A stretch of DNA of 64,000 nucleotides from an uncultured Actinomycetota bacterium (GCA_963842565.1 CAWJGX010000011.1:51519-115518), one strand, 5' to 3'; shown: positions 1 to 10,534, counted from the first letter of the stretch. Notes: generated by a model from the sequence alone, not told the origin. Made by a program: numbers and translations.

Positions 1-954
1 GGTGGGCAGCACGTCGGGCGGAACCCCGTTGAGGTAGATGCCCCGGAACACGTTGAGGGCCAGACCGAGCAGGAGCATGGACGCCGCGATGGCGAGCGCT
101 CCGACGACGAGTGTCCGCCTCCGGGACCGGCCGATGGCAACCGCGCCTGCCAGGAGGATCAGGGCCAGGATCGGCAGCCCGCGGGCCACGCCCTTGAGCA
201 GGCGGAAGTAGCTCTGGGCCTTGGTGATGTCGACGGACTGCACGATGGTGAACTCGGCGTTGACGGGCGGGATCTTCGACGCCAGGCCGAAGCCGGCGTC
301 CTCGAGCTTCAGCTTCACGGCGTCGATCACGGTGGCGAGGTTGACGCTCACCGTCTTGCCCTCGACGCTCACCGCGGAGTTCTCCATCTCACCGGTGAGC
401 ACGGCGACCACCTGCGCGTGCGCCTCCCTGTTGGCGGTCTCCCACGCCTGCTCGAACTGCGGTGACTTGACGAGGGCGTCCACCTTGTCGGCGACGAAGC
501 TCTGCACCCCGCTGGACAGCGGCGTCGCCAGGGCCTTGAGGCTCGTCGCCGCGGCGGGCGGGAGGCCGCGCGCGGCGAGGGCGTCCACGGCGTCCTGGGT
601 GATCGCCTTGACGTCGAGCCGGCTGAAGATCTCCTGGGTGATCCTGGCGGAGATCGCGTCCTGCACGGCCGGGTCTGAGGCGAGTGGGGCGACCGTCTCG
701 ACGTACCGGTCGGTGTCGCTGATCTCGTCGTGCGCCCAGATGGCGACCACGGAGAGGGGTGCCATGATCGCGGCCAGGAGGATGAGGATCCCGGCCACGA
801 TCGGACGCCAGATCCCCCCGCGCTGCTCGCTCTGCACCGGCAGGGCCACGGTCGGCTCCGGGGGCCGGTCGTGGAGCTGCGCCTCGAGCCGGGCAACCTC
901 GGCACGCAGCCTGGCGACCTCCTCGGCACTCGCATCGCCGTCGCCGTTGACCAT
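1..954 (-). CDS. Integral membrane protein (partial; runs off window start)
   Basis: Not in the ORF track. ATG at 954 with GAGGAG RBS; translates MVNGDGDASAEEVARLRAEVARLEAQ...IVAGILILLAAIMAPLSVVAIWAHDEISDTDRYVETVAPLASDPAVQ, with several hydrophobic helices. Confidence 0.75.
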   Translation of the reverse strand, partial: MVNGDGDASAEEVARLRAEVARLEAQLHDRPPEPTVALPVQSEQRGGIWRPIVAGILILLAAIMAPLSVVAIWAHDEISDTDRYVETVAPLASDPAVQDAISARITQEIFSRLDVKAITQDAVDALAARGLPPAAATSLKALATPLSSGVQSFVADKVDALVKSPQFEQAWETANREAHAQVVAVLTGEMENSAVSVEGKTVSVNLATVIDAVKLKLEDAGFGLASKIPPVNAEFTIVQSVDITKAQSYFRLLKGVARGLPILALILLAGAVAIGRSRRRTLVVGALAIAASMLLLGLALNVFRGIYLNGVPPDVLPT

Positions 955-1050
955 CGGGTCTCCTCGCTCGTAGCCGTGCCGTGAGCCCACGCGGGCTCGC
1001 CGGCTCGACGTGCCTTCCCGAACCGTAGCGTCGGCGCCCCTCCTACTGGC

Positions 1051-1069
1051 GTCACCCGTAGTAGGTGAC
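1051..1069. promoter_or_regulatory. Palindromic operator GTCACC-N7-GGTGAC upstream of the membrane protein gene
   Basis: gtcacccgtagtaggtgac; a minus-strand -10-like TACGGT lies at 1022-1027. Confidence 0.45.
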
Positions 1070-1080
1070 TTGCAGCGGAG

Positions 1081-1554
1081 TCAGTCGTCGCGGACCCGCC
1101 CGCGCAACGACTTGACCTGCGACCGCCGTCGTTTTCCCTCGACACGGCGACGCTGGGATCCCCGGGTCGGCTTGGTGGGCACGCGCGGCAGCGGCGGGGG
1201 AGCGAGTGCCGCACGCAGCCGGTCGGCGAGGCGCTGGCGCGCGGCCACCCGGTTGCGGTGCTGCGAGCGGTGCTCCGAGGCGGTGACGGCGATGCGGCCG
1301 GAGCCGAGGTTGTTCATCGCGCGGTCACGCATGGCCTGGGTGAGGCTCGGGGAACCCGCCACGTCGAAGACGACCTCGACGCGGCTGTCACTGGTGTTCA
1401 CCGACTGGCCTCCGGGACCGGAGGACCGGGAGAACTGCTCGACGATCTCGTCGGCGGGCACCACGAGACCGTCCGGGAGGCCTGGTCCCGGGCGCAGGAC
1501 GAGGTCCCGGCCCGGTTCGGGATCACGTGGTTTCGCGCTCAGCGCTTGCGCCAC
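1081..1554 (-). CDS. arfB: Alternative ribosome rescue peptidyl-tRNA hydrolase ArfB
   Basis: FSRSSGPGGQSVN (GGQ motif), ASEHRSQHRNR, basic C-terminal tail PTKPTRGSQRRR; start uncertain. Confidence 0.9.
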   Translation of the reverse strand: MAQALSAKPRDPEPGRDLVLRPGPGLPDGLVVPADEIVEQFSRSSGPGGQSVNTSDSRVEVVFDVAGSPSLTQAMRDRAMNNLGSGRIAVTASEHRSQHRNRVAARQRLADRLRAALAPPPLPRVPTKPTRGSQRRRVEGKRRRSQVKSLRGRVRDD

Positions 1555-1946
1555 TCGATGGCCGGGCACGTGTCCATCACCATCGGCAGGCCTGCAGCCG
1601 TGGTGCGCTGGAAGGCGTCCTCGTCGATGACGCCGAGCTGCAGCCAGACACCCTTCGCGCCGATGGCGACAGCCTCGTCGGCGAACTGGCCGGCCGACTC
1701 CGAGCGGCGGAAGACGTCGACCACGTCGATCTCGAACGGGACGTCGGCCAGCGTGGCGTAGCCCTGCTCGCCGAGCACGGTCGGGGCGTCGGGGTGGATG
1801 GGGACGATCCTCTTGCCCCGCTCCTGCAGGAGCGAGGCGATGCGGTACGCCGTACGGCTCGTGTTGCCGGACAGTCCGACGACCGCCCACGTCGTGCACT
1901 CGTCGAGCATGAAGTCGACCGCCTTGGTGTCCTGCCAGTCAGCCAT
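1539..1946 (-). CDS. CoA-binding protein (YccU-like)
   Basis: WAVVGLS...DVVDVFRRSE...VWLQLGV...MDTCP; leaderless-type TAGCGT 6 nt before the ATG. Confidence 0.9.
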   Translation of the reverse strand: MADWQDTKAVDFMLDECTTWAVVGLSGNTSRTAYRIASLLQERGKRIVPIHPDAPTVLGEQGYATLADVPFEIDVVDVFRRSESAGQFADEAVAIGAKGVWLQLGVIDEDAFQRTTAAGLPMVMDTCPAIEWRKR

Positions 1947-2029
1947 GCCTCCACGCTACTGCCCGTCCGGGTGGACTCCCCGGCCGCTAGGTTGACCACG
2001 ACCCGATGTGCCAGGCGAGGAGCCCACCG

Positions 2030-3079
2030 ATGAGCCAGTCCGGACCGACCCCTCGCGGGCTCACCGTCGCCGTCACGGGACCCACGGGTGAGATCGGGGT
2101 CGCCTTCCTGCGTGCGCTGGAGGACTCGGAGGCGGTCACCGAGGTCCGTGGCATGGCGCGCCGCCCGTTCGACCCGGAGTCGAAGGGGTTGAGCAAGACC
2201 CGCTACGTGCAGGGTGACGTGCTGGACCGCGACGCCGTCGACCGGTTGGTCGACGGGGCGGACGTGGTGGTGCACCTGGCGTTCATCATCTTCGGCACCC
2301 CGAAGGAGAGCCGGGAGATCAACCTCACCGGGTCCCGCAACGTGTTCGAGGCGACGGTGGCCTCGGGTGCGCAGCGGCTCGTCTACACCTCGTCCGTGGC
2401 GGCGTACGGCTTCCATGCCTCGAACCCGCTGCCGCTCCACGAGGACCTCGGGCCCGCCGGCACGGAGGACTTCTACTACTCCGCCCAGAAGGCCGAGCTC
2501 GAGGCCACCCTCGAGGAGGCTCTCGCCGGGAGCGACGTGGCGGCGTACGTCTTCCGGCCCTCGATCGTCGGCGGCCCCGACTCGCCGATCCTGGTGACGA
2601 ACGTGCCGTACGTCGGGACCCCGTCGGCGCTGCCGAAGGTGCTCCGTGGTCTCGTCGACAAGGTGCCCCAGCCGCCGCCGCTGATCCTGGACCCCGGCGT
2701 GCCGATGCAGATCGTGCACGCCGACGACGTGGCCGCGGCTCTGGTCACCGCGGTGGAGGGTCAGGGCAGGCCCGGCTACTACAACCTGGCCGCGACGGGA
2801 GAGTTCACCATGCGTGACCTGGCCCGCGAGCTGGGCTGGAACTGCGTGTCGATCCCGTCGGTCGCCGTCGACGTGAGCGCGGAGATGGTCAAGCGGCTGC
2901 CGGCGATGCCCTCGCAGGCGGCCTGGATCCAGACGGCCCGCATCTCGGTGGTGATGGACACGACGCGAGCGCGTGAGGTGCTGGGATGGCGCCCGCAGCA
3001 CAACGCGATGTCGACGCTTCGTCAGACGGTGCAGGGCGCCCGGGACGCGGGGCTGGTGACCCGCTCGGGCCGCCACTGA
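2030..3079 (+). CDS. NAD-dependent epimerase/dehydratase
   Basis: VAVTGPTGEIG Rossmann motif, YTSSVAAYG, YSAQK (YxxxK). Confidence 0.85.
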   Translation: MSQSGPTPRGLTVAVTGPTGEIGVAFLRALEDSEAVTEVRGMARRPFDPESKGLSKTRYVQGDVLDRDAVDRLVDGADVVVHLAFIIFGTPKESREINLTGSRNVFEATVASGAQRLVYTSSVAAYGFHASNPLPLHEDLGPAGTEDFYYSAQKAELEATLEEALAGSDVAAYVFRPSIVGGPDSPILVTNVPYVGTPSALPKVLRGLVDKVPQPPPLILDPGVPMQIVHADDVAAALVTAVEGQGRPGYYNLAATGEFTMRDLARELGWNCVSIPSVAVDVSAEMVKRLPAMPSQAAWIQTARISVVMDTTRAREVLGWRPQHNAMSTLRQTVQGARDAGLVTRSGRH

Positions 3080-3137
3080 GCCGGGAGCCAGGCTTGGCCG
3101 GGTCGATCCATGATCCGTCGGGAAATAGGATCGCTTC

Positions 3138-4311
3138 ATGACTGACTTCCCGCTGTACGCACTGTCCGAGGAGCACCAGGCGATCCGTGAGGCGGTCCGT
3201 TCGCTGGCTGACGCCAAGATCGCGCCGTACGCGGCCGACGTGGACGAGAACGCCCGCTACCCCGAGGAGGCTGCCAAGGCCCTGCTGGCGGCGGACTTCC
3301 ACGCCCCGCACGTGCCCGAGGAGTACGGCGGCGCCGGGGCCGACGCGCTCGCCACGGTGATCGTGATCGAGGAGGTGGCGCGTGCCTGTGTGAGCTCCTC
3401 GCTGATCCCGGCCGTGAACAAGCTCGGCTCGCTCCCGGTGCAGATCAGTGGCTCCGAGGAGCTCAAGAAGAAGTACCTGACCGCGCTGGCCAAGGGAGAA
3501 GGTGGGTTCTCCTACGCCCTCTCCGAGCCCGACGCTGGCTCCGACGCCGGCGGGATGAAGTGCAAGGCCGAGCGTGACGGCGACGACGTGGGTGCTCAAC
3601 GGCGTGAAGCGCTGGATCACCAACGCGGGGGAGTCGGAGTTCTACACCGTGATGGCGGTGACCGACGCGGAGAAGAAGACCCGTGGCGGCATCTCGGCCT
3701 TCGTCGTGGAGAAGTCCGACGAGGGGGTCTCGTTCGGGGCTCCCGAGAAGAAGCTCGGCATCAAGGGCTCGCCGACGCGCGAGGTCTACTTCGACAACGT
3801 CCGCATCCCCGGGATGCGGATGATCGGCGAGGAGGGCACCGGCTTCGCGACCGCGATGAAGACCCTCGACCACACCCGCGTCACCATCGCGGCCCAGGCG
3901 GTCGGCGTCGCCCAGGGTGCCCTGGACTACGCCCTGGAGTACGCCAAGGAGCGCCAGCAGTTCGGCAAGTCGATCGCGGAGTTCCAGGGCCTGCAGTTCC
4001 TGCTCGCCGACATGGGCATGAAGGTCGAGGCCGCCCGCCAGCTGACGTACGCCGCCGCCGGTCGTTCCGAGCGCGGCGACAAGGACCTCACGTTCTTCGG
4101 TGCCTCCGCCAAGTGCTTCGCCTCCGACACGGCGATGCAGGTGACCACGGACGCCGTCCAGGTGCTCGGGGGCTACGGCTACACCCGCGACTACCCGGTC
4201 GAGCGGATGATGCGCGACGCGAAGATCACCCAGATCTACGAGGGCACCAACCAGGTGCAGCGGATCGTGGCTGCCCGCCAGCTGCTCGCCGGCGTGCAGT
4301 CGACCCTGTGA
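3138..4311 (+). CDS. Acyl-CoA dehydrogenase (FadE25-like), frameshift near 3585
   Basis: N-half [12 protein letters not shown] in ORF 3138; C-half [14 protein letters not shown]...[13 protein letters not shown] in ORF 3574..4311. Confidence 0.9.
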
Positions 4312-5567
4312 CCGAGACCAACTGGGCCGGGAGCCACGCCTACTCGGCGGCGCGCCTGCATCGACCGCAGAGCCTCGCCGAGCTGTCAGCGCTCGTCGCG
4401 GGTGCGGAGCGAGTGCACGCCCTCGGCTCGCGGCACTCGTTCAACCTGGTCGCCGACACCCCGGGAGACCTCGTCTCCACCTCCGGACTGCCCCGCGACA
4501 TCGAGATCGACCGTGACGCGGGCCTGGTCCGCGTGGCCGGGGGAGTGCTCTACGGCGATCTCGCGACCGAGCTGCACCGCCAGGGCTGGGCGCTGGCGTC
4601 GATGGCGTCGCTGCCGCACATCTCGGTGGCCGGAGCCGTCGCGACCGGGACGCACGGCTCGGGCGACGGTGTCGGGTCCTTGGCGTCGGCGGTCGCGGCC
4701 GTCGAGTGCGTCGGAGCAGACGGTGAGACCCGGTCGGTCGCGCGTGGGGACACGGACTTCGAGGGATGGGTGGTGGCCGTCGGGGCGCTCGGGATCGTCA
4801 CGCACGTGACCCTCGACATCGAGCCGACCTACGACGTCAGGCAGGACCTCTTCCTCCACCTTCCCTGGGCATCGCTGGAGGACGACTTCGACGCGATCAC
4901 CGGCTCGGCGTACAGCGTCAGCCTGTTCACCGACTGGGTCGGCGACGACGTCACCCAGGTATGGCGGAAGTCCCGGCTGGACGTCGAGTCCCCGGGGCTC
5001 GGCGAGCCGGGCTTCCTCGGCGCCAGCGCAGCCCTCGAGACGGTGCACATGCTCGCCGGGGCGCCGACCGCGGCCGTGACCCAGCAGCTCGGTGAGGCAG
5101 GCCCGTGGCACGAGAGGCTGCCCCACTTCCGGATGGAGTTCACACCGAGCCGGGGCGAGGAGCTGCAGAGCGAGTTCCTGCTCCCACGTGCGCACGCGCT
5201 CGAGGCGTTCGCCAGGATGCGTCGCCTCGGTCCGTCGTTCGCCCACCTGCTCCAGGTGACCGAGATCCGCACGGTGGCCCGCGACCAGCTCTGGCTCTCC
5301 TGCGCGTACGACGCCGACGTCGTCGGCCTGCACTTCACCTGGGTCCGCGACCTCGCCGGAGTGACCGCCGTACTGCCCGCGATCGAGGACGCGCTGCTCC
5401 CGCTCGGAGCACGCCCGCACTGGGGCAAGCTGTTCACCGCCGACGCCGCAGCGCTGGCGCGGGCCTATCCGAAGCTGGGCGAGTTCCAGCGCCTGCGCGC
5501 CGAGGTCGACCCCACCGGGAAGTTCAGCAACGCGTTCCTCGACGAGCACCTGGGACCCGTCAGCTGA
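4308..5567 (+). CDS. FAD-linked alditol/xylitol oxidase-like (D-arabinono-1,4-lactone oxidase family)
   Basis: GTG overlaps the upstream TGA; [37 protein letters not shown]. Confidence 0.9.
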   Translation: MTETNWAGSHAYSAARLHRPQSLAELSALVAGAERVHALGSRHSFNLVADTPGDLVSTSGLPRDIEIDRDAGLVRVAGGVLYGDLATELHRQGWALASMASLPHISVAGAVATGTHGSGDGVGSLASAVAAVECVGADGETRSVARGDTDFEGWVVAVGALGIVTHVTLDIEPTYDVRQDLFLHLPWASLEDDFDAITGSAYSVSLFTDWVGDDVTQVWRKSRLDVESPGLGEPGFLGASAALETVHMLAGAPTAAVTQQLGEAGPWHERLPHFRMEFTPSRGEELQSEFLLPRAHALEAFARMRRLGPSFAHLLQVTEIRTVARDQLWLSCAYDADVVGLHFTWVRDLAGVTAVLPAIEDALLPLGARPHWGKLFTADAAALARAYPKLGEFQRLRAEVDPTGKFSNAFLDEHLGPVS

Positions 5568-5576
5568 CTGGCTGAC

Positions 5577-5834
5577 TCACTCCTCGCGCGACGGACGCTC
5601 GAGCGGCGGCAGCGGCTGCGGGTTCAGCGCGACCTGGTCGGCGGCCGACTCGTAGAGGCGGGCCGCGGTCGCATACAGGGACCGGCCACCGGCCTCGGGG
5701 TCGAGACCCGCGGACAGCTCCGCCAGCACCACCGCGGTCAGGATGTCGCGCAGCCACGGCGGACGCGGCGGGTGGCCGGGGATCGGGGTCCCGCACCAGT
5801 CCTCGATGTCCTTGCTCAGCTTGTTCAGGCTCAT
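5577..5834 (-). CDS. Small protein (85 aa) with DWCGTP and VALNPQPLPP motifs
   Basis: ATG at 5834 with GGAGAGG RBS; MSLNKLSKDIEDWCGTPIPGHPPRPPWLRD...DQVALNPQPLPPLERPSREE; GC3-rich codons. Confidence 0.8.
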   Translation of the reverse strand: MSLNKLSKDIEDWCGTPIPGHPPRPPWLRDILTAVVLAELSAGLDPEAGGRSLYATAARLYESAADQVALNPQPLPPLERPSREE

Positions 5835-5881
5835 GACCTCTCCTCGGGCAGGCGGGCGCCTGGGTGCGCCTCTTCCTTCAG

Positions 5882-5908
5882 GAGGCTGGAGTGTGGGCTG
5901 GGGATACA
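5882..5908 (-). promoter_or_regulatory. Putative ECF promoter TGTATC-N16-GCCTC
   Basis: Same motif upstream of the ECF sigma gene (61470-61496) and of the 44424 operon. Confidence 0.45.
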
Positions 5909-6162
5909 CGCGCCGTCGGTTCGGTGGTCCGACCTGATGGCGCGCAGACCTGACGGCCGGGCAGCGACCCCTCGGACGTCGAGACCGACGGACTGGCCCC
6001 GACAGGGAGCGTAAAAGCGACGCGTGGCGCGAGACGCCTACGTCGGGCACGGCAGGGCAGTCCGAGCACCCTGTCGCTCGGATGGGGGCCGCCAAGCGAC
6101 TGAGGGGACTGGGCCGGCGGGCTCGGCGGCCGAGGCCCACGGTGACCGGTCCGACCGCGCGT

Positions 6163-6783
6163 TCAGTCGGTGACGGACAGCCCGGCGATCAGGGCGTTCA
6201 TCATCGGCCGGAGGACGTCTTCGGGCGGGTTCTTGCTGATCGGGTGCAGGCCGGCCAGCTCGAGCATCACGAAACCGTGCATGGCGCTCCACAGCTGCTC
6301 GGCCACCACGCCGGGGTCGTCGCGGCGCAGGCGGCCTGCGTCCATCGCTCGCTCGACCGCGTCGGCCAGGACGACGAAGGTGTAGCGGCCGACCTCGCGT
6401 TCCTCGGGAGCCAGCCGGTAGCCGCCGAGGGAGGTGGCGCCGAACATCACGGAGTACAGGTGCGGGTTCTCGAGCGCGTTCTCCCGGTAGGCGAAGGCCA
6501 TCTCGGCGAGATCGGCCGCCGGGTCGTCGGTCTGCGGCTGGTCGGTGACGTGGTCGGCGAAGCGCCGGAAGCCCTCGACCACGATCTCGCGCACGAGTGC
6601 CTGCATCCCGCCGAAGTGCGTGTACACCGCCATCGTGGAGGTGTGCGCCTCCTTGGCCAGGCGCCGGGCGGTGAGCGAGTCCGGTCCCTCTTCGTCGAGG
6701 AGCAGGGCCGCGGCCTCGAGCAGGCGGCGGCGTACGTCGTCGGACTCGTGTTCGGGCCCGGACCGCGAAGACGGGGAAGTCAT
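6163..6783 (-). CDS. TetR/AcrR family regulator (WHG-type C-terminal domain)
   Basis: LTARRLAKEAHTSTMAVYTHFG HTH; LWSAMHG; divergent from the carotenoid oxygenase. Confidence 0.9.
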   Translation of the reverse strand: MTSPSSRSGPEHESDDVRRRLLEAAALLLDEEGPDSLTARRLAKEAHTSTMAVYTHFGGMQALVREIVVEGFRRFADHVTDQPQTDDPAADLAEMAFAYRENALENPHLYSVMFGATSLGGYRLAPEEREVGRYTFVVLADAVERAMDAGRLRRDDPGVVAEQLWSAMHGFVMLELAGLHPISKNPPEDVLRPMMNALIAGLSVTD

Positions 6784-6797
6784 GCTTGCCAGCATCG

Positions 6798-6835
6798 CAT
6801 AACGGCGTTATAAAGGTTCTCATAACATCGTTATA
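6798..6835. promoter_or_regulatory. Two palindromic TetR operators CATAAC-N3-GTTATA
   Basis: cataacggcgttata (6798-6812) and cataacatcgttata (6821-6835) in the divergent intergenic region. Confidence 0.75.
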
Positions 6836-6847
6836 GGGAGCCCGGCC

Positions 6848-8305
6848 ATGACCAACCGCTACCTGCAGGACAACTTCGCTCCGGTGCGCGAGGAGCTCAC
6901 GGTGACCGACCTCGAGGTGACGGGCCGGCTGCCGAAGCACCTCGACGGGCGCTACCTGCGGATCGGGCCGAACCCGATCGACGAGCGGCCGGAGGGGCAC
7001 CACTGGTTCCTCGGTGACGGGATGGTGCACGGTGTGCGGATCGCCGACGGGCAGGCGAAGTGGTACCGCAACCGCTACGTGCGTTCCGACCGGGTCGCCG
7101 AGGCGCTGGGGGAGCAGTCGCGCGCACCCGGCTGGGACAACACCGACTTCGCGGCCAACACGCACGTCATCCAGCACGCCGGGAGCACGCTCGCCCTGGT
7201 CGAGGCCGGCTCGTCGCCGTACGAGCTGACCGAGGAGCTGGACACGATCGGGCCCACCGACTTCGACGGAACCCTGCGGACCGGTCTGCTGCCGGCCGGC
7301 TACTCCGCGCACCCGCACGAGGACCCGGACACCGGCGAGCTGCACACGGTGTCCTACAACTGGATCCGCGGGAACCGGGTCGACTACACGGTCCGCGGGA
7401 CGGACGGGCGCATCCGGAAGACGGTGCCGATCGAGGTCGGCGGAAGCCCGATGATGCACGACTTCGCCCTGACCGAGAACTACATCGTGGTCTACGACCT
7501 GCCGGTCGTGTTCAACAAGGTGATGGCGACCCGGGACATGCCGCGGGCCATGCGGCTCCCGGTCCGCCTGATGATGTCGGCCATCATCGGCCGCAACCCG
7601 CTGCCCGACCCCGTGATCGCCCGGATCGCCCGGGGATCGCGGGCGTCCAACTCGATGGAGACGCTGCCGTACTCCTGGGACCAGGACTACCCGGCGCGCC
7701 TGGGGCTGATGCCACGCGAAGGCGGCAGTGCGGACGTGCGCTGGTTCGACATCGACCCGTGCTTCGTCTTCCACACGCTCAACGCCTACGAGGACGGCGA
7801 CACCGTCGTGGTCGACGTCGTCCGGCACGACCGGATGTTCGCCACCGTGCTGAACGGACCCGACGAGGGACCCGCGACCCTCGCCCGGTTCACGATCGAC
7901 CTCGCCGCTGACAAGGTGCGCGAGGACCGGTTCGACGACCACGCCCAGGAGTTCCCGCGGATCGACGAGCGGCACACCGGACGGCGGCACCGGTTCGGCT
8001 ACTCCGTGGGCTTCGAGGACAACGTCCCGGGCGACGCCGTGCTCCGGCACGACCTGGCCGCCGGCTCGACCGCCGTACGCAACCTGGGCGCGGGACGCGA
8101 GGCGAGCGAGTTCTGCTTCGTGCCCGGCGACGGCACGACGGGGGAGGCCGAAGGAGTGCTGATGGGCTACGTCTACGACAAGGCGGAAGGCACCAGCAGC
8201 CTGGTGATGCTCGACGCCGAGACGCTCGAGGACATTGCGGCAGTGCACCTCCCCGCGCGCGTGCCGGCGGGGTTCCACGGGAGCTGGGCACCGACCGGCG
8301 GCTGA
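6848..8305 (+). CDS. Carotenoid/lignostilbene cleavage dioxygenase (RPE65 family)
   Basis: YLRIGPNP, HWFLGDGMVHG; four Fe-binding His in SAHP, MMHDF, VFHTLNA and AGFHG. Confidence 0.93.
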   Translation: MTNRYLQDNFAPVREELTVTDLEVTGRLPKHLDGRYLRIGPNPIDERPEGHHWFLGDGMVHGVRIADGQAKWYRNRYVRSDRVAEALGEQSRAPGWDNTDFAANTHVIQHAGSTLALVEAGSSPYELTEELDTIGPTDFDGTLRTGLLPAGYSAHPHEDPDTGELHTVSYNWIRGNRVDYTVRGTDGRIRKTVPIEVGGSPMMHDFALTENYIVVYDLPVVFNKVMATRDMPRAMRLPVRLMMSAIIGRNPLPDPVIARIARGSRASNSMETLPYSWDQDYPARLGLMPREGGSADVRWFDIDPCFVFHTLNAYEDGDTVVVDVVRHDRMFATVLNGPDEGPATLARFTIDLAADKVREDRFDDHAQEFPRIDERHTGRRHRFGYSVGFEDNVPGDAVLRHDLAAGSTAVRNLGAGREASEFCFVPGDGTTGEAEGVLMGYVYDKAEGTSSLVMLDAETLEDIAAVHLPARVPAGFHGSWAPTGG

Positions 8306-8387
8306 CGCGTGCAAGTGGGCGCCATCCCAGCAGATCCGTTCTGCGCGTGGATAGGCTCGGGCGACGCGATCGACCGAGGAGGAACCC

Positions 8388-9407
8388 GTGCCGCTGCCGT
8401 CAGTTCCCCTGCGCAGGCTGGGCTTCCTCACGATCGGCCTCTTCGACGGCGACGACCCGCGGCCCGGGCACGAGTCCACGCTGCGGGTCATCGAGCTCGG
8501 TGAGGAGCTCGGGTTCGACAGCGCCTGGGTGCGGCACCGGCACCTGCAGTACGGCATCTCCTCGCCGGTCGCGGTGCTCGCCGCCGCTTCGCAGCGCACC
8601 AGCCGGATCGAGCTCGGCACCGCGGTCATCCCGCTGGGCTGGGAGAACCCGCTGCGGCTGGCCGAGGACCTGGCGACCGTCGACCTGCTCTCGGGAGGGC
8701 GCCTGAATCCCGGGGTCAGCGTCGGCCCGCCGATGCGCTGGGACGACGTCAAGGACGCGCTGTACCCCGACACCGCCGACGTCGAGGACTTCAGCTACGA
8801 GCGGGTGGAACGGCTGCTCCGCGCGGTGCGCGGCGAGCCGGTCAGCGGCTTCAGCGGGACCGTCGGCATCGAGGAGTTCTCCCGGCGCGTGCAGCCGCAC
8901 TCAGCGGGTCTCGCCGGCCGTCTCTGGTACGGCGGCGCCAGCCTCCGCTCGGCACAATGGGCCGGCGAGCACGGGATGAACTTCCTGACCAGCAGCGTCG
9001 TCAAGGCGGAGGAGTCCGAGGACTTCGCCGAGATCCAGCTCTCGCACATCCAGAGGTTCCGCGCCCACCACCCGGACGGCGTCGCCGCGCGTGTCTCGCA
9101 GGGGCTGGTGGTGATCCCGACCGACACGGCGTCGAGCGACCAGGTGGCGAAGTACGAGCAGTACGCCGCGTCGCGGCTCGCCCGGACGGCCACGCCGCAA
9201 GGCCCGGCCCGGATGATGTTCGCGCCCGACCTGGTCGGCACCTCCGACCAGATCGCCGAGCGCCTCCATGCGCACGCGGGCTTCCAGCAGGTCGACGAGG
9301 TGGCCTTCGCGCTCCCGTTCTCCTTCGAGCACGACGACTACGTGCAGATCCTCACCGACATCGCGACCCGGCTCGGTCCGGCGCTCGGCTGGCAGCCGTC
9401 GAGCTGA
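8388..9407 (+). CDS. LLM-class flavin-dependent oxidoreductase
   Basis: ELGFDSAWVRHRH, RTSRIELGTAV, LAEDLATVDLLSGGR. Confidence 0.9.
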   Translation: MPLPSVPLRRLGFLTIGLFDGDDPRPGHESTLRVIELGEELGFDSAWVRHRHLQYGISSPVAVLAAASQRTSRIELGTAVIPLGWENPLRLAEDLATVDLLSGGRLNPGVSVGPPMRWDDVKDALYPDTADVEDFSYERVERLLRAVRGEPVSGFSGTVGIEEFSRRVQPHSAGLAGRLWYGGASLRSAQWAGEHGMNFLTSSVVKAEESEDFAEIQLSHIQRFRAHHPDGVAARVSQGLVVIPTDTASSDQVAKYEQYAASRLARTATPQGPARMMFAPDLVGTSDQIAERLHAHAGFQQVDEVAFALPFSFEHDDYVQILTDIATRLGPALGWQPSS

Positions 9408-9432
9408 GCGAGCTCGCATGCGCCCGCCGGCC

Positions 9433-9743
9433 TCAGCCGGACGTCTGCAGCGGGAAGCGCCACGACGAGGAGCCGCTGAGGTCGAGCCACAGCTCGGTGG
9501 GTGTCTGCACGACCCGGGCGAGCAGGTGGTCGCAGCCCGGGCAGCGGAGCACGGTCCCGGGGCCACTGACGAAGGCCCGCTCCTCGGCGAACATCGCCGT
9601 CGCGTCGCAGCCGGCACAGGTGACCGACACGGTGGTGACGTCGACGGCGAAGACCTCGGCGAACGGGCCGGCGGCCGCGTTGCCGTCGAGAGCCCGGCTC
9701 TCGGGGGCGGGGTCTCGGGTCCGGGGGTCTCGGGTCCGGTCAT
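9433..9743 (-). CDS. DUF6510-like small Zn-ribbon protein, frameshift near 9705
   Basis: LDGNAAAG...CAGC...RCPGC...WLDL; the ATG at 9743 is out of frame across G homopolymers. Confidence 0.75.
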
Positions 9744-9753
9744 GGCTGTCTCC

Positions 9754-10534
9754 TCAGGCTCCGAAGCGTTCTGCGCGGATCGTGCGGTTGGTGTAGCCGA
9801 GCTCCAGGAGCCGGCCGATGACGTGCTCGACGAAGCCGGTCGGCCCGCACACGTAGGCGCGGGGCTTCGGCTGGTCGACCCAGCCGTCGGGCGTCGCGAG
9901 GTCGTCGGCGGTGATCCGTCCGGCGGGGCGGGTGAAACCCTCGGGCGCGGTGCGGGTGTACAGCAGGTCGACCTCGACACCGTCGTCGGCGGCGCGCTCG
10001 GCCAGCTCCTCGGCGTACATCACCTGGGCGGGGTCGCGCACGGAGTACACCAGCCGGAACGGCGCCCGGCTGCCGGAGAGCCTGCGTTGCCGGACCATCG
10101 CCATCAGCGGGACGACGCCCGAGCCGCCGCCCACGAGCAGGACCGGTTGCTCGACCGGTGCCTCGGGGCTCGGCGCCCAGACGAACCAGCCGCCGATCGG
10201 GCCCCGGAGCTCGAGCTCGTCGCCGAGCTCCATGCCCTGCACGAGGTACGTCGACACCTCGCCGTCGCCGACCTCCTGGACGGTGAGCGACACCCGCTCG
10301 CCGTCCGTCGGGGGCGGAGATCGAGTAGGCCCGCTGGGCGGAGTAGCCGTCCTCGGCCGTGAGGCGTACGTCGACGTGCTGACCCGCCTGGTGGCCCGGC
10401 CAGCCCGGCACGTCGAAGGTGAGGGTGCGCGCCGTCCGCGTCTCCGAGCGCAGCCCGACGAGCCGGGCCGGGAACCACGTCGGACGCGGACCACCGACCA
10501 GCCCGCGGGAGCGGGTCGTGAAGACCTCAGTCAC
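9754..10534 (-). CDS. Ferredoxin reductase-like FAD/NAD oxidoreductase, frameshift near 10315
   Basis: AGQHVDVRLTAEDGYSAQRAYSI, then RGPIGG, GGSGVVP, YVCGP and ERFG in the second frame. Confidence 0.88.

Noticed and set aside
3138-5567. 809-aa acyl-CoA dehydrogenase/alditol oxidase fusion ORF
   Set aside because: The middle of the ORF is off-frame junk. The real ACAD C-half is in another frame and stops at 4311, overlapping the oxidase GTG.
9711-9740. 15-bp tandem repeat ggtctcgggtccgg(g/t)
   Set aside because: It only encodes a duplicated low-complexity GPETP N-terminal tail.
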